A DNA stretch of 50,076 nucleotides from a virus (lineage: Duplodnaviria > Caudoviricetes), in IMG/VR virus record IMGVR_UViG_3300005512_000050, positions 1-50,076 of that record; one strand, 5' to 3'. This document shows positions 9,335-18,335 of this stretch, piece after piece. Below the pieces are notes generated by a model. It saw only the letters and a list, made by a program, of their open reading frames with translations. It made no database searches and was not told the origin of the DNA. Positions within the stretch are counted from its first letter, which is position 1. Each line of letters starts with the position of its first letter. The position numbers were made by a program, and so were the translations under genes.

Positions 9335-11278
9335 ATGATAAGTAACTATTTACCAACGGACTACCAGAACTTCATAGCTTTATCACGCTATGCAAGATGG
9401 AAAGAAGATGAACAAAGACGTGAGAATTGGGGGGAGACAGTTGCACGTTACTTTGATTATATGACTAATCACCTAAAAGATACATGTAACTTCACACTAG
9501 AAGACAAGTTACGTGCTGAACTAGAGGAAGCAGTACTTGAGCAACGTGTGATGCCAAGTATGCGTGCCTTGATGACATCAGGACCTGCCTTAGACAGATG
9601 CCACGTAGGTGGATACAACTGTTCTTACGTACCTGTAGACAGCCCTAGAGCATTTGATGAGACAATGTACATCTTAATGTGTGGTACAGGTGTAGGCTTC
9701 TCTGTGGAGCGTAGCAATGTAGATAAGTTACCTGTAGTTAATGAAGAGTTTCATACTACTGATACAGTAATCAAGGTAGGTGACAGCAGACCGGGATGGG
9801 CAAAGTCTTTGAAAGAACTTATAGCTATGCTTTACTCAGGTCAAATACCTAAGTTTGACGTATCAGAGGTACGTCCTGCAGGTGCAAGACTAAAAACATT
9901 TGGTGGCAGAGCATCAGGACCTCAACCACTGATAGAGTTGTTTGAGTTTTGTATTGAGAAGTTCAAGGGTGCATCAGGACGTAGGCTATATCCTATTGAG
10001 TGTCACGACATCATGTGTAAAATTGGTGAGGTTGTTGTTGTCGGAGGGGTCAGACGTAGTGCATTGATTTCATTGTCTAATCTTAATGATGACCAGATGG
10101 CACACGCTAAGTCAGGTCAGTGGTGGGAGAATGAAGGACAACGTGCATTAGCTAATAACTCTGTTGCCTACAAAGAGAAACCACAGATGGGTACATTCAT
10201 GCGTGAGTGGGTGTCATTATACGAATCAAAGTCAGGTGAGCGTGGTATCTTTAATCGTGCGTCAGCAGTTAAACAAGCCGCTAAGAATGGCAGACGTGAT
10301 ACTGGTCATGCTTTCGGATGTAACCCATGCAGTGAGATTATCCTACGTCCATATCAGTTCTGTAATTTATCTGAGGTAGTTGCACGTGCATCTGATAATA
10401 TGGAATCATTACGTAAGAAAGTACGCATTGCTACAATACTTGGTACATTCCAAGCTACAATGACGGACTTCAAATACTTACGTAAGATATGGAAGAAGAA
10501 TACAGAAGAAGAAAGATTACTTGGTGTGTCACTCACTGGTATCATGGATAATCAGATACTGTCAGGTAAGAGTGCTACATATGGTAGCAACATCGGTTCA
10601 TTGCTTGAAGAATTAAAGGTAGTGGCTGTAGAAACAAATGCAATCTTTGCTGAACAGCTAGGCATTGAGCAGTCTGCTGCTATCACTTGTGTCAAGCCTA
10701 GTGGTACAGTTAGTCAATTAGTTGACAGTGCATCAGGCATTCATGCTAGACACAATCCTTACTACATACGTACTGTTCGTGGTGATAACAAAGACCCACT
10801 GACACAGTTCTTAGTAGCACAAGGTATTCCTGCAGAGCCTGACGTAATGAAGCCAGACAGTACTACAGTGTTTAGCTTTCCAATGCAGTCACCATCTGGT
10901 GCAGTAACACGTACAGGTATGACAGCTATTGAACAGCTTGACTTGTGGCTACTATATCAGAGACATTGGTGTGAGCATAAACCATCTGTCACTATCTCTG
11001 TGAAGGAGCATGAGTGGATGGACGTAGGTTCATGGGTGTATGAAAACTTTGATGAGGTATCAGGCATTAGCTTCTTACCATTCAGTGAGCATACATATCA
11101 ACAAGCACCTTATCAGGACATTGACAAGGACAAATACACTGAACTGTTTGCACGTATGCCTGACGCAGTTGACTGGTCATTGTTGCCTGAGTTTGAGAAA
11201 GAAGATAACACATCTGGTGGACGTGAGTTAGCCTGTTCAGCAGGAGTGTGTGAAGTAGTGGACTTGACTGCGGCATGA
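9335..11278 (+). CDS. nrdJ: class II (adenosylcobalamin-dependent) ribonucleotide reductase
   Basis: GYNC, NPCSEI, TCVKPSGTVS and C-terminal CSAGVC; no beta-subunit gene nearby. Confidence 0.9.
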   Translation: MISNYLPTDYQNFIALSRYARWKEDEQRRENWGETVARYFDYMTNHLKDTCNFTLEDKLRAELEEAVLEQRVMPSMRALMTSGPALDRCHVGGYNCSYVPVDSPRAFDETMYILMCGTGVGFSVERSNVDKLPVVNEEFHTTDTVIKVGDSRPGWAKSLKELIAMLYSGQIPKFDVSEVRPAGARLKTFGGRASGPQPLIELFEFCIEKFKGASGRRLYPIECHDIMCKIGEVVVVGGVRRSALISLSNLNDDQMAHAKSGQWWENEGQRALANNSVAYKEKPQMGTFMREWVSLYESKSGERGIFNRASAVKQAAKNGRRDTGHAFGCNPCSEIILRPYQFCNLSEVVARASDNMESLRKKVRIATILGTFQATMTDFKYLRKIWKKNTEEERLLGVSLTGIMDNQILSGKSATYGSNIGSLLEELKVVAVETNAIFAEQLGIEQSAAITCVKPSGTVSQLVDSASGIHARHNPYYIRTVRGDNKDPLTQFLVAQGIPAEPDVMKPDSTTVFSFPMQSPSGAVTRTGMTAIEQLDLWLLYQRHWCEHKPSVTISVKEHEWMDVGSWVYENFDEVSGISFLPFSEHTYQQAPYQDIDKDKYTELFARMPDAVDWSLLPEFEKEDNTSGGRELACSAGVCEVVDLTAA

Positions 11279-11478
11279 AGGTAGATAGCATGAAAAAATT
11301 AATAACTATAATTGACCCACCAAACGGATGGAAGTATGGCTTTCCAAAAATACTGCCAGAGGATGTTAAAAATAGAGAGAAATGGTTAGTTGATAATGGC
11401 TACCCACAGGAAGAAATGGATGCTTTAGGTGAATATTTTTGGTGTCGTTATTGGAATGCAGAGGATACAAATGATTAA
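11275..11478 (+). CDS. hypothetical protein
   Basis: Coupled ORF; IDPPNGWKYGFPK. Confidence 0.6.
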   Translation: MKVDSMKKLITIIDPPNGWKYGFPKILPEDVKNREKWLVDNGYPQEEMDALGEYFWCRYWNAEDTND

Positions 11479-11626
11479 GATACAGGAAGTAACAGAACAC
11501 GAAGATGGTTCAGCAACTATAGTGTTTGAATGTAGTGATAAAGCAAAAGAATTATTAATACAGCAAGGCTTACTGTCACTTATTCAGAAAGCAATTGACA
11601 AAGAAGAGGAGTTAAACTTACGATGA
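11471..11626 (+). CDS. hypothetical protein
   Basis: GAGG RBS before ATG 11471; MIKIQEVTEHEDGSATI. Confidence 0.6.
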   Translation: MIKIQEVTEHEDGSATIVFECSDKAKELLIQQGLLSLIQKAIDKEEELNLR

Positions 11627-11814
11627 AAAAACTAGCATTAGAAAATTACTTGACAAGGTTCATAAGATATGTTATAGATTGGCGTAAGACTAGAAATGTG
11701 ATACGTCAACTGCACAATCTATCTGATAGAGAACTTGAAGATATAGGTGTCAACAGACACGAGATAGAACGGTTAGCTTATACGGAGATACAAAGAAAGA
11801 ACTATGAGAAGTAA
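11623..11814 (+). CDS. DUF1127 (YjiS-like) small protein
   Basis: WRKTRNVIRQLHNLSDRELEDIGVNRHEI fits the family signature. Confidence 0.8.
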   Translation: MKKLALENYLTRFIRYVIDWRKTRNVIRQLHNLSDRELEDIGVNRHEIERLAYTEIQRKNYEK

Positions 11815-11974
11815 AGCATGGCGAGTATGGGCTAAAACAATCGGGAGCAAGATATCAGATGATGAAAGTGAAAGCGATATGGCAGCTTTACTACGTACCA
11901 TTTGGGTACTCACTCATCTGGTTGCTTGTTTCTTTATTATCATACACAATGGAACAAAGTTAGGATGGTTTTAA
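11804..11974 (+). CDS. 56-aa putative membrane protein (not in ORF track)
   Basis: MRSKAWRVWAKTIG...IWVLTHLVACFFIIIHNG; fills an operon gap. Confidence 0.6.
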   Translation: MRSKAWRVWAKTIGSKISDDESESDMAALLRTIWVLTHLVACFFIIIHNGTKLGWF

Positions 11975-11975
11975 A

Positions 11976-12203
11976 ATGACAGATAAACAAACAATAACAT
12001 ACAATGAAAAAGAATATGATGTCTCTGATTTAGATGACAAGGAAGCATACATGTATGCACAAGTAAGGACACTAAGAAAAAGAATAGCAGATGCTAGGTT
12101 TGACCTTGACCAATTGGTTATGGCAGAGAATGCCTTTGCTAACACATTAGTTAACTCACTAACAAAGGAGAATACAGATGAATCAAATGAAACCGCAGAT
12201 TAA
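11976..12203 (+). CDS. hypothetical coiled-coil protein
   Basis: Operon-packed ORF. Confidence 0.6.
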   Translation: MTDKQTITYNEKEYDVSDLDDKEAYMYAQVRTLRKRIADARFDLDQLVMAENAFANTLVNSLTKENTDESNETAD

Positions 12204-12606
12204 AGACCGAAAGAAGTTTGATATTGATTTAGCTTATGGCGAAGTTAGAGAACAACAGATTGCTGATATGTTACAGCAGGGAAAGATAGAGGTAAAAAGT
12301 GAAAGAGATGTATGGCAGAAGACAGGTAACATCGCAATTGAATACGAATGCTATGGTAAGCCAAGTGGAATCAACGCTACGGAATCAGATTTCTGGTTTC
12401 ATAATCTGTGTATCGGAGAAGATACCTTTGCTACGCTGGTATTTGACACGAAGAGTTTAAAAAGAATTATTAAGAATCTAGATTACAAGAGGTCTGTGTC
12501 AGGTGGGGATAATAATGCGGCACGTATGTACCTTTTAAACCTACAGAAGTTATTTTCTTCTGATGTAATCAAAGCATTTAAAGGACAAGAGAGTGACGTG
12601 GCTTGA
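12178..12606 (+). CDS. hypothetical protein, possible PD-(D/E)xK-like fold
   Basis: IEVKSE...TGNIAIEY motif. Confidence 0.55.
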   Translation: MNQMKPQIKDRKKFDIDLAYGEVREQQIADMLQQGKIEVKSERDVWQKTGNIAIEYECYGKPSGINATESDFWFHNLCIGEDTFATLVFDTKSLKRIIKNLDYKRSVSGGDNNAARMYLLNLQKLFSSDVIKAFKGQESDVA

Positions 12607-12976
12607 ATATGAAATGCTCAAATGGAAAGAGGAGAAGTACGGTAATATGGAATTAAATGAATATCAAAAGAAAGCAAAGTCATATGCAATCTATCCTGAA
12701 TCGTACAGGATAACTTACCCAGCATTAGGATTAGCAGGTGAGGCAGGTGAGATAGCCAACAAGGTAAAGAAGTTAATACGTGATGGCTATAATCAAGAGG
12801 ACTATGAGCAGAAGAAGATAGACATAGCCTTTGAGATAGGAGATGTGTTGTGGTATTGTGCTACACTTGCACAAGACTTAGACGTACCTCTGTCAGTAAT
12901 TGCGGCACAAAACCTTGACAAGCTAGAAGATAGGAAACAACGCAATGCTATACAAGGTGATGGGGATAACAGATAA
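12593..12976 (+). CDS. mazG: MazG-like NTP pyrophosphohydrolase
   Basis: LGLAGEAGEIANKVKK and EIGDVLWY. Confidence 0.85.
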   Translation: MTWLEYEMLKWKEEKYGNMELNEYQKKAKSYAIYPESYRITYPALGLAGEAGEIANKVKKLIRDGYNQEDYEQKKIDIAFEIGDVLWYCATLAQDLDVPLSVIAAQNLDKLEDRKQRNAIQGDGDNR

Positions 12977-13006
12977 AAGAATGGGGGCAATTAAGCCCCC
13001 TTTTTT
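12976..13006. terminator. bidirectional intrinsic terminator
   Basis: GGGGGC-AATTAA-GCCCCC hairpin with T run on the plus strand and T-rich tail on the minus strand, between convergent arms. Confidence 0.85.
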
Positions 13007-16000
13007 ATTTTAACTTTTGTCTTTGCTTAGAATATCTGTTATAATTTTTAGCTATATTTAAAATTTCCGCAACATCACTTGCTTCCATAAAATTTATTTT
13101 AGCATCTTTTTCTGGTATGCCTTTGTCTATTTTTATTTTTTTGTATTCCGCTTCTGCTGACTTTCTTATATAAGGGCTAAGTCTTCTGTATCTCTGTAGA
13201 TTTGCGTGATGTGCGTTACTTTCTGTTCCAAGTTTTATATCTGCATAAATCATAGATTTCATTGTACTTATGTAGTTTCTTACCTCTGAAGCAGTATCTT
13301 TAGAACTCAGTTCTTCTTCTTTTGCTGTAGCAAGTACTTCTGGCATTTCTTCTTGTAACGCTTTACCTATTTCTCTATTCATTTGTTTATCTAAAGATGC
13401 AGAATTAGTTTTAGACATTAAATCTACGTAACTAAATCCCATTCTACTTAATTCTACTACATATTTAGGTGGAACACGAGATAAAGTAGCACCAAATAGT
13501 ATTTTAAATAGTGGCATTACTCTTTCAGGAACTTCTTCAAATCTAGGGTCTTCTTTCCAAGGGTCATCTATATCAAATCCTACGGCTTCACCTACTCTTT
13601 TTAATCTAGATTCAAATGGTGAAGCAAAACCACCAAGAAAATTTCTTATTCCTGATTGATAATCCACATCATCTTTATAGTCTCGCATTCTTTGGTCGCC
13701 ATCAACAAATATATCTGCAATTTGGTATATAGGTTGACCATAACCAGATATAGCTTCACCTAAATACTTACCAGCATCTTTCATACTTGACATAAATTGA
13801 AGTTCACCTTCTCCTGATAACCCCCATGCAGTTATATCCTCAAGTATTCTTCCAGCCGCACCAGAACCTCTAAAGTTTGCTCCCGTTAATCCTTCCATAG
13901 CCTCTTTAAAACGAAATACTTCTCCCGGTCTTTCATCTTGAAATCTATGCATCATCTCACCAAATAATAGGTACGGTGTTAGTGGAAAATATGGACGAGC
14001 ATCAAATTCATTACCCCTACCATCTTTTAACATATACCACTCACTACCTGCTACTTCTCCATCAGGGTCACGAAGCATATAGCCTAGTGTAAGTAATGGC
14101 GCACCACCTGCCGTACCTTCAGCTAATTGTCGTATCATGCCGTCAGTTACTTTACCACCTTTAGCAGAAGCAAAAGCCATTCTAGTTAAAGCTGTTGCTG
14201 CACCAGTTACATTGTAATTATAAGTAAATTCCATCGCTTTAAACATAAATCGTGGAAATGGTATTGCTAAAGTAAAACCCGATTCAACAATCATTTTATT
14301 TAGTGTTCTAAATGGTGCAAACTTAGGTTGAGAAGCATACGTAAATTCTAACGCATCATCAACCGCTTTTGTTACCATTTCTTCAGATATATTTTCTGTT
14401 ATCTTTCCAGACTTTAGTACATCTAAGTAGTCCAAGCCTTTATCAAACAGTTGTCTTTGCAATGACGCACTGAACATACCATTTCTATATCCAGCTTCTT
14501 GAAGCCTATTTAAGTAATTAACAGTAGTTATAGCACCTTCCCATTTATCAAGAAAAGATTCTTTATCTTTTAAACCATCCCCTTTACCTTTTATAGCATT
14601 TTGACCGGGATTATTTTTTTGTAATGTATTTTTAACTTCACTATATTGATTATAAAATCTAGCCTTTTGCTTAGTATGCATGTCTAATATAAATTGAGAT
14701 ATGGTAGCAGCGTCTTTTTGGTCATAAAAAGTATGCTGTAACTGCGCCATTGTATTACGAACACCAAATCTTTTATTAGGGTTAAGTGCAGATTCTAATG
14801 CATATACTGGTGCTTCTATACCAGACCGAAAAACCTGAGATATATTGTTTCTTACAGCAGTAGCAACTCCACTTACAAGTGTTAATCTTCTAATATTTTC
14901 TAATCTACGAAAAGTTTCACCTAAAGTTCTTGTTGCTTGCTCTTCTGCTTCTTCAGCCGCTTCTCCCAGTGTTTTAGTTCTACTAGCACGTCCTACTATA
15001 GCACTTAATCTACTTAAACTACTAAGAGTTTTACCAGCCCAACTAGCATCTGCAAATAAAGTAGCGGCAAGTTCTCTTTGTGTTATACCATATTTACCTA
15101 ATATGTCTGTTGTAAAACCTAAAGATTCCTCTGAAGCATTACTTAAAATATTTAAAAGTCTTTCACTAACCATTTCATTTTTTTGTAGTGGTTTTGAAAA
15201 ATCTTTTAGTTCTATGTTAGTAATATCCTCACGTAGCTTAATATCACCATTTCTAACAGATTCTATTACTTCTCCAGTAGAAGCTGCTACTCTTTCAAAT
15301 GTACTAAAGCTAAGAGATGGTTCAAATAATTCAACATCTAAATCTAACTCTTGCTTTAATCTTCCTGCATAGTCAGATTCTCTTATTACAGCACTATCTA
15401 TACCAGTTATGTCACCGTCTTTATTTCTTAATATAGCATTTTTACCGTATACTTTTTCAATACCTTTTGCTAAATTTTCTCTGATTGTGTTAGACTGAAC
15501 ACCCAATTCAGCATTTTTAATTTCTGCAGCCTTAGTTTGTTTTTCCTGCATATTTTTTAACGCTTTAGTAAGTTCACCACGTGTTGTTTTATCAACTCTA
15601 TTAGCAGTTAAAAAAGTACCACCAGCAGATAAAGAACCAGAAACTAAAGCAGACACACCTGCTATTTTTGCTGTTCTTTCATAATCTACTTCATCTCTTG
15701 CACCCATTTCTATTTCAGCTTGTTGTATAGCTAAATCAGTTGATGCTGCTGCTCCTGCTTCTAAAGGTGCTGATGTAGCCGCTGATATAATAGCTTTTTT
15801 CATAGCACTACCAGTAACACGTCCTGCAACAACCCTACCTGTACCTGCTGTAACTATTGTCCACGGGTCTGATAAAACACCTAGAACTGTTGCACCAGCA
15901 GCTTGCACTATATCATTTACCATTTCTCCTGTTGACATATTTTCATATCGTTTTTTATCAAAAAATCCAGCAAGAGATTCAGCTTTTTGATACAATCGTA

Positions 16001-16565
16001 ATGCTCTAGCACGTTGCTCTGCGTAGTTATTGGCTAAATCGCCATCACCAGCTTTAAGTGCTTGTTCTTCTTTTTGTTTTAACCCACGTAACCAGTTAAC
16101 TTCCAAGCTACCATCTGCAAAATTATTTTTTAAAAATCTGTAGTGGTCTAAATAATCATCTACTACATTTTTTGGTGTAAGTTCTTGAGTAGCACCTACA
16201 ATATTTCCTATAAGTATATTTTTAGCACCAACATCTTTAGGTGTGCCGAATCTGTCTTCTCTATACTGCAGTATGTCCTCAAGAAATTCTTCATCAGATT
16301 CTAATTCTATTACGGATAATTCTTCTGTAGGTTTTTCTTCTTTAACTTTTTGTATCAGTTTATCAGAAGGTAATGTGTCGCCTTCTTGATATACAGGTTT
16401 TTGTTTTTGTTGTGTAGCTATATCATCTGGTTCACCATTTTCTATAGTGTAACCGTATCCTTGAGGAAGAATAGTAGAAAGAGTATTACTTTTAGTGTCC
16501 TCTACTTTTTCTTCTTCGTCAGTTTCTATGGTATAACCATATCCATCTGGTAAATACTCGTTCAT
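13005..16565 (-). CDS. large internal virion (ejection) protein
   Basis: 1186 aa, helical character, last gene of the podoviral structural arm. Confidence 0.6.
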   Translation of the reverse strand: MNEYLPDGYGYTIETDEEEKVEDTKSNTLSTILPQGYGYTIENGEPDDIATQQKQKPVYQEGDTLPSDKLIQKVKEEKPTEELSVIELESDEEFLEDILQYREDRFGTPKDVGAKNILIGNIVGATQELTPKNVVDDYLDHYRFLKNNFADGSLEVNWLRGLKQKEEQALKAGDGDLANNYAEQRARALRLYQKAESLAGFFDKKRYENMSTGEMVNDIVQAAGATVLGVLSDPWTIVTAGTGRVVAGRVTGSAMKKAIISAATSAPLEAGAAASTDLAIQQAEIEMGARDEVDYERTAKIAGVSALVSGSLSAGGTFLTANRVDKTTRGELTKALKNMQEKQTKAAEIKNAELGVQSNTIRENLAKGIEKVYGKNAILRNKDGDITGIDSAVIRESDYAGRLKQELDLDVELFEPSLSFSTFERVAASTGEVIESVRNGDIKLREDITNIELKDFSKPLQKNEMVSERLLNILSNASEESLGFTTDILGKYGITQRELAATLFADASWAGKTLSSLSRLSAIVGRASRTKTLGEAAEEAEEQATRTLGETFRRLENIRRLTLVSGVATAVRNNISQVFRSGIEAPVYALESALNPNKRFGVRNTMAQLQHTFYDQKDAATISQFILDMHTKQKARFYNQYSEVKNTLQKNNPGQNAIKGKGDGLKDKESFLDKWEGAITTVNYLNRLQEAGYRNGMFSASLQRQLFDKGLDYLDVLKSGKITENISEEMVTKAVDDALEFTYASQPKFAPFRTLNKMIVESGFTLAIPFPRFMFKAMEFTYNYNVTGAATALTRMAFASAKGGKVTDGMIRQLAEGTAGGAPLLTLGYMLRDPDGEVAGSEWYMLKDGRGNEFDARPYFPLTPYLLFGEMMHRFQDERPGEVFRFKEAMEGLTGANFRGSGAAGRILEDITAWGLSGEGELQFMSSMKDAGKYLGEAISGYGQPIYQIADIFVDGDQRMRDYKDDVDYQSGIRNFLGGFASPFESRLKRVGEAVGFDIDDPWKEDPRFEEVPERVMPLFKILFGATLSRVPPKYVVELSRMGFSYVDLMSKTNSASLDKQMNREIGKALQEEMPEVLATAKEEELSSKDTASEVRNYISTMKSMIYADIKLGTESNAHHANLQRYRRLSPYIRKSAEAEYKKIKIDKGIPEKDAKINFMEASDVAEILNIAKNYNRYSKQRQKLK

Positions 16566-16574
16566 AAAATACTC

Positions 16575-17636
16575 CTAAATAAGCGGAACAAATTTAAGTT
16601 CGCTCCCTAAGTAAATATGTGGTATGTTTTTATTATTTTTAGATATGTTATACACTTTTCCTACTTGAGGTACAGTATCTTCTTTATATTTATTTACATT
16701 AACTACATAATTACCTTTGTTATCCGTAGACGATGCTTTTGCTAGTAACGTACCTAAATTTCCTTTATCTTTTAATGTTCCAGTAGCCGTTAGTGCTACA
16801 TTAGTTGCTATTTCAACGGTATCTGTTAAGGCTTGCGATAAATTTAAGTTTTGTTCTTCAGCAGTTTGTATATTAATTGTTCCATCATCATTCAGAGGTA
16901 TACCTTGGTTGGTAGTAATGTCGTCCATGTTAGCTCTAAATTCAGCATTAGTAAAAGCAAATTTTTGTTTAATTGCTTCTCTAGCCGCTTCATTGTTAAG
17001 AATTTTAGCAGCTAAATCTAGTTGATACATTTCTTGTTCTTGTCCATATTGTTTAGCAGCAGTGGTTTCTAACAACCTAGCTGTTTGTATATCTAAACCT
17101 TCTACATCTTTAACTTGCGTTAATGGAGCAGCAGCTTCTACACCTCTTTGAATCTCTTTAGAGAAATCAGGTTTAAATAGTGCTTCATATAAACCAACAC
17201 CGCCAACTCTTTCTTCAGATGGTGTACTTATTAATTCTTCTGGTCTACGTACAAGTTTAGTCAGATAATCTTCTGCACCAAAACCTTTTGTTTTTGATTC
17301 AACAAACTCATACATTTTATCAATACTAAAATCGTCCCCCATTTTTAACTGTTCTTCTTGTACTAGCTTTGCTATATTTTGCGCTCCAGCAGCATTTCCA
17401 CCTAGTTTATATAACTGTGCAGCTTTATCAATGTCTCCACCAGTTAAACCAGAAAGAGTATCCATCGCTTCTCTAGCTTCTCGTAAGTCTTTTTTATAAA
17501 TATCTTCAGCAGCTTCTCGTCTTTCAATTTTTCTTAATCTAATATCTCTTGCAAATTCGTTAGATTGCTCAATACTTTTGCTGAGATTTTCTTCAACACT
17601 TTCAGCTACACCACCTAATACATCTAAAAATCTCAT
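16575..17636 (-). CDS. probable internal virion protein
   Basis: Position in the ejection-protein cluster. Confidence 0.5.
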   Translation of the reverse strand: MRFLDVLGGVAESVEENLSKSIEQSNEFARDIRLRKIERREAAEDIYKKDLREAREAMDTLSGLTGGDIDKAAQLYKLGGNAAGAQNIAKLVQEEQLKMGDDFSIDKMYEFVESKTKGFGAEDYLTKLVRRPEELISTPSEERVGGVGLYEALFKPDFSKEIQRGVEAAAPLTQVKDVEGLDIQTARLLETTAAKQYGQEQEMYQLDLAAKILNNEAAREAIKQKFAFTNAEFRANMDDITTNQGIPLNDDGTINIQTAEEQNLNLSQALTDTVEIATNVALTATGTLKDKGNLGTLLAKASSTDNKGNYVVNVNKYKEDTVPQVGKVYNISKNNKNIPHIYLGSELKFVPLI

Positions 17637-18133
17637 TACTTTTTCCTCGCCATTAAACCTTTAGGCTCTTCTTCAGAAAGTACTTCTTCCTCTTTAACTT
17701 CATTAGTACTTTCTTTTTTATCTTTTTTATTCTTTAATTCATTTTTTATTTTAGCTAAAACGGCATCAGAAGTTAAATCTTTTTCTGGATTATCTAATCC
17801 TGTATTATATTTAACGTCAGCGGCATCTCCAATTAACATCATTACTTCCATTATAACAGGCATTACTAACATACCTACATCAACACTATGTTTTCCATCC
17901 ATAACCCCGGCTAATTGCACAGTATTAGCTACCGTAGTTACTGGTATACCTAATTCTAGTATACTTTCTAACTGTTGAGAAAACTCTTCAGTAGACATTC
18001 TCTGTATGTAATAATCTATTGCCTCATCAACAGTAGTGTATTGAGGTGGGCTTTGCCAAGGTCTACCTCCAAGTTCTGCAGTTAGAGACATACCCGGAAT
18101 AGGAGCATCGTGTAAAGGTTGCATACTATCCAT
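17636..18133 (-). CDS. hypothetical virion-associated protein
   Basis: APIPGMSLT...PWQSPP; ends PKGLMARKK. Confidence 0.55.
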   Translation of the reverse strand: MDSMQPLHDAPIPGMSLTAELGGRPWQSPPQYTTVDEAIDYYIQRMSTEEFSQQLESILELGIPVTTVANTVQLAGVMDGKHSVDVGMLVMPVIMEVMMLIGDAADVKYNTGLDNPEKDLTSDAVLAKIKNELKNKKDKKESTNEVKEEEVLSEEEPKGLMARKK

Positions 18134-18335
18134 TTTTCAGTTCTTCTCTTTGGTTACGAATTACTTCCATATGTTTCATAGCACGAACTATAGGTTGGTT
18201 TTCATCATACTTTTTATTACTACTAGTTTTATTACTAGAAAGTAAACCCATAGTTGGTTTTTTAACTTCTTGTTTTATAGAGCCAAGATTTCCATCTATT
18301 TGCTTATACAGCATTATTGCTGGATTGTTTATCAT
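18126..18335 (-). CDS. hypothetical protein
   Basis: Overlapping start/stop with both neighbours. Confidence 0.55.
   Translation of the reverse strand: MINNPAIMLYKQIDGNLGSIKQEVKKPTMGLLSSNKTSSNKKYDENQPIVRAMKHMEVIRNQREELKNG

Noticed and set aside
4228-11278. Inteins or introns in polymerase or reductase
   Set aside because: The ORFs are continuous, of normal length and lack splicing motifs; the same holds for helicase and terminase.
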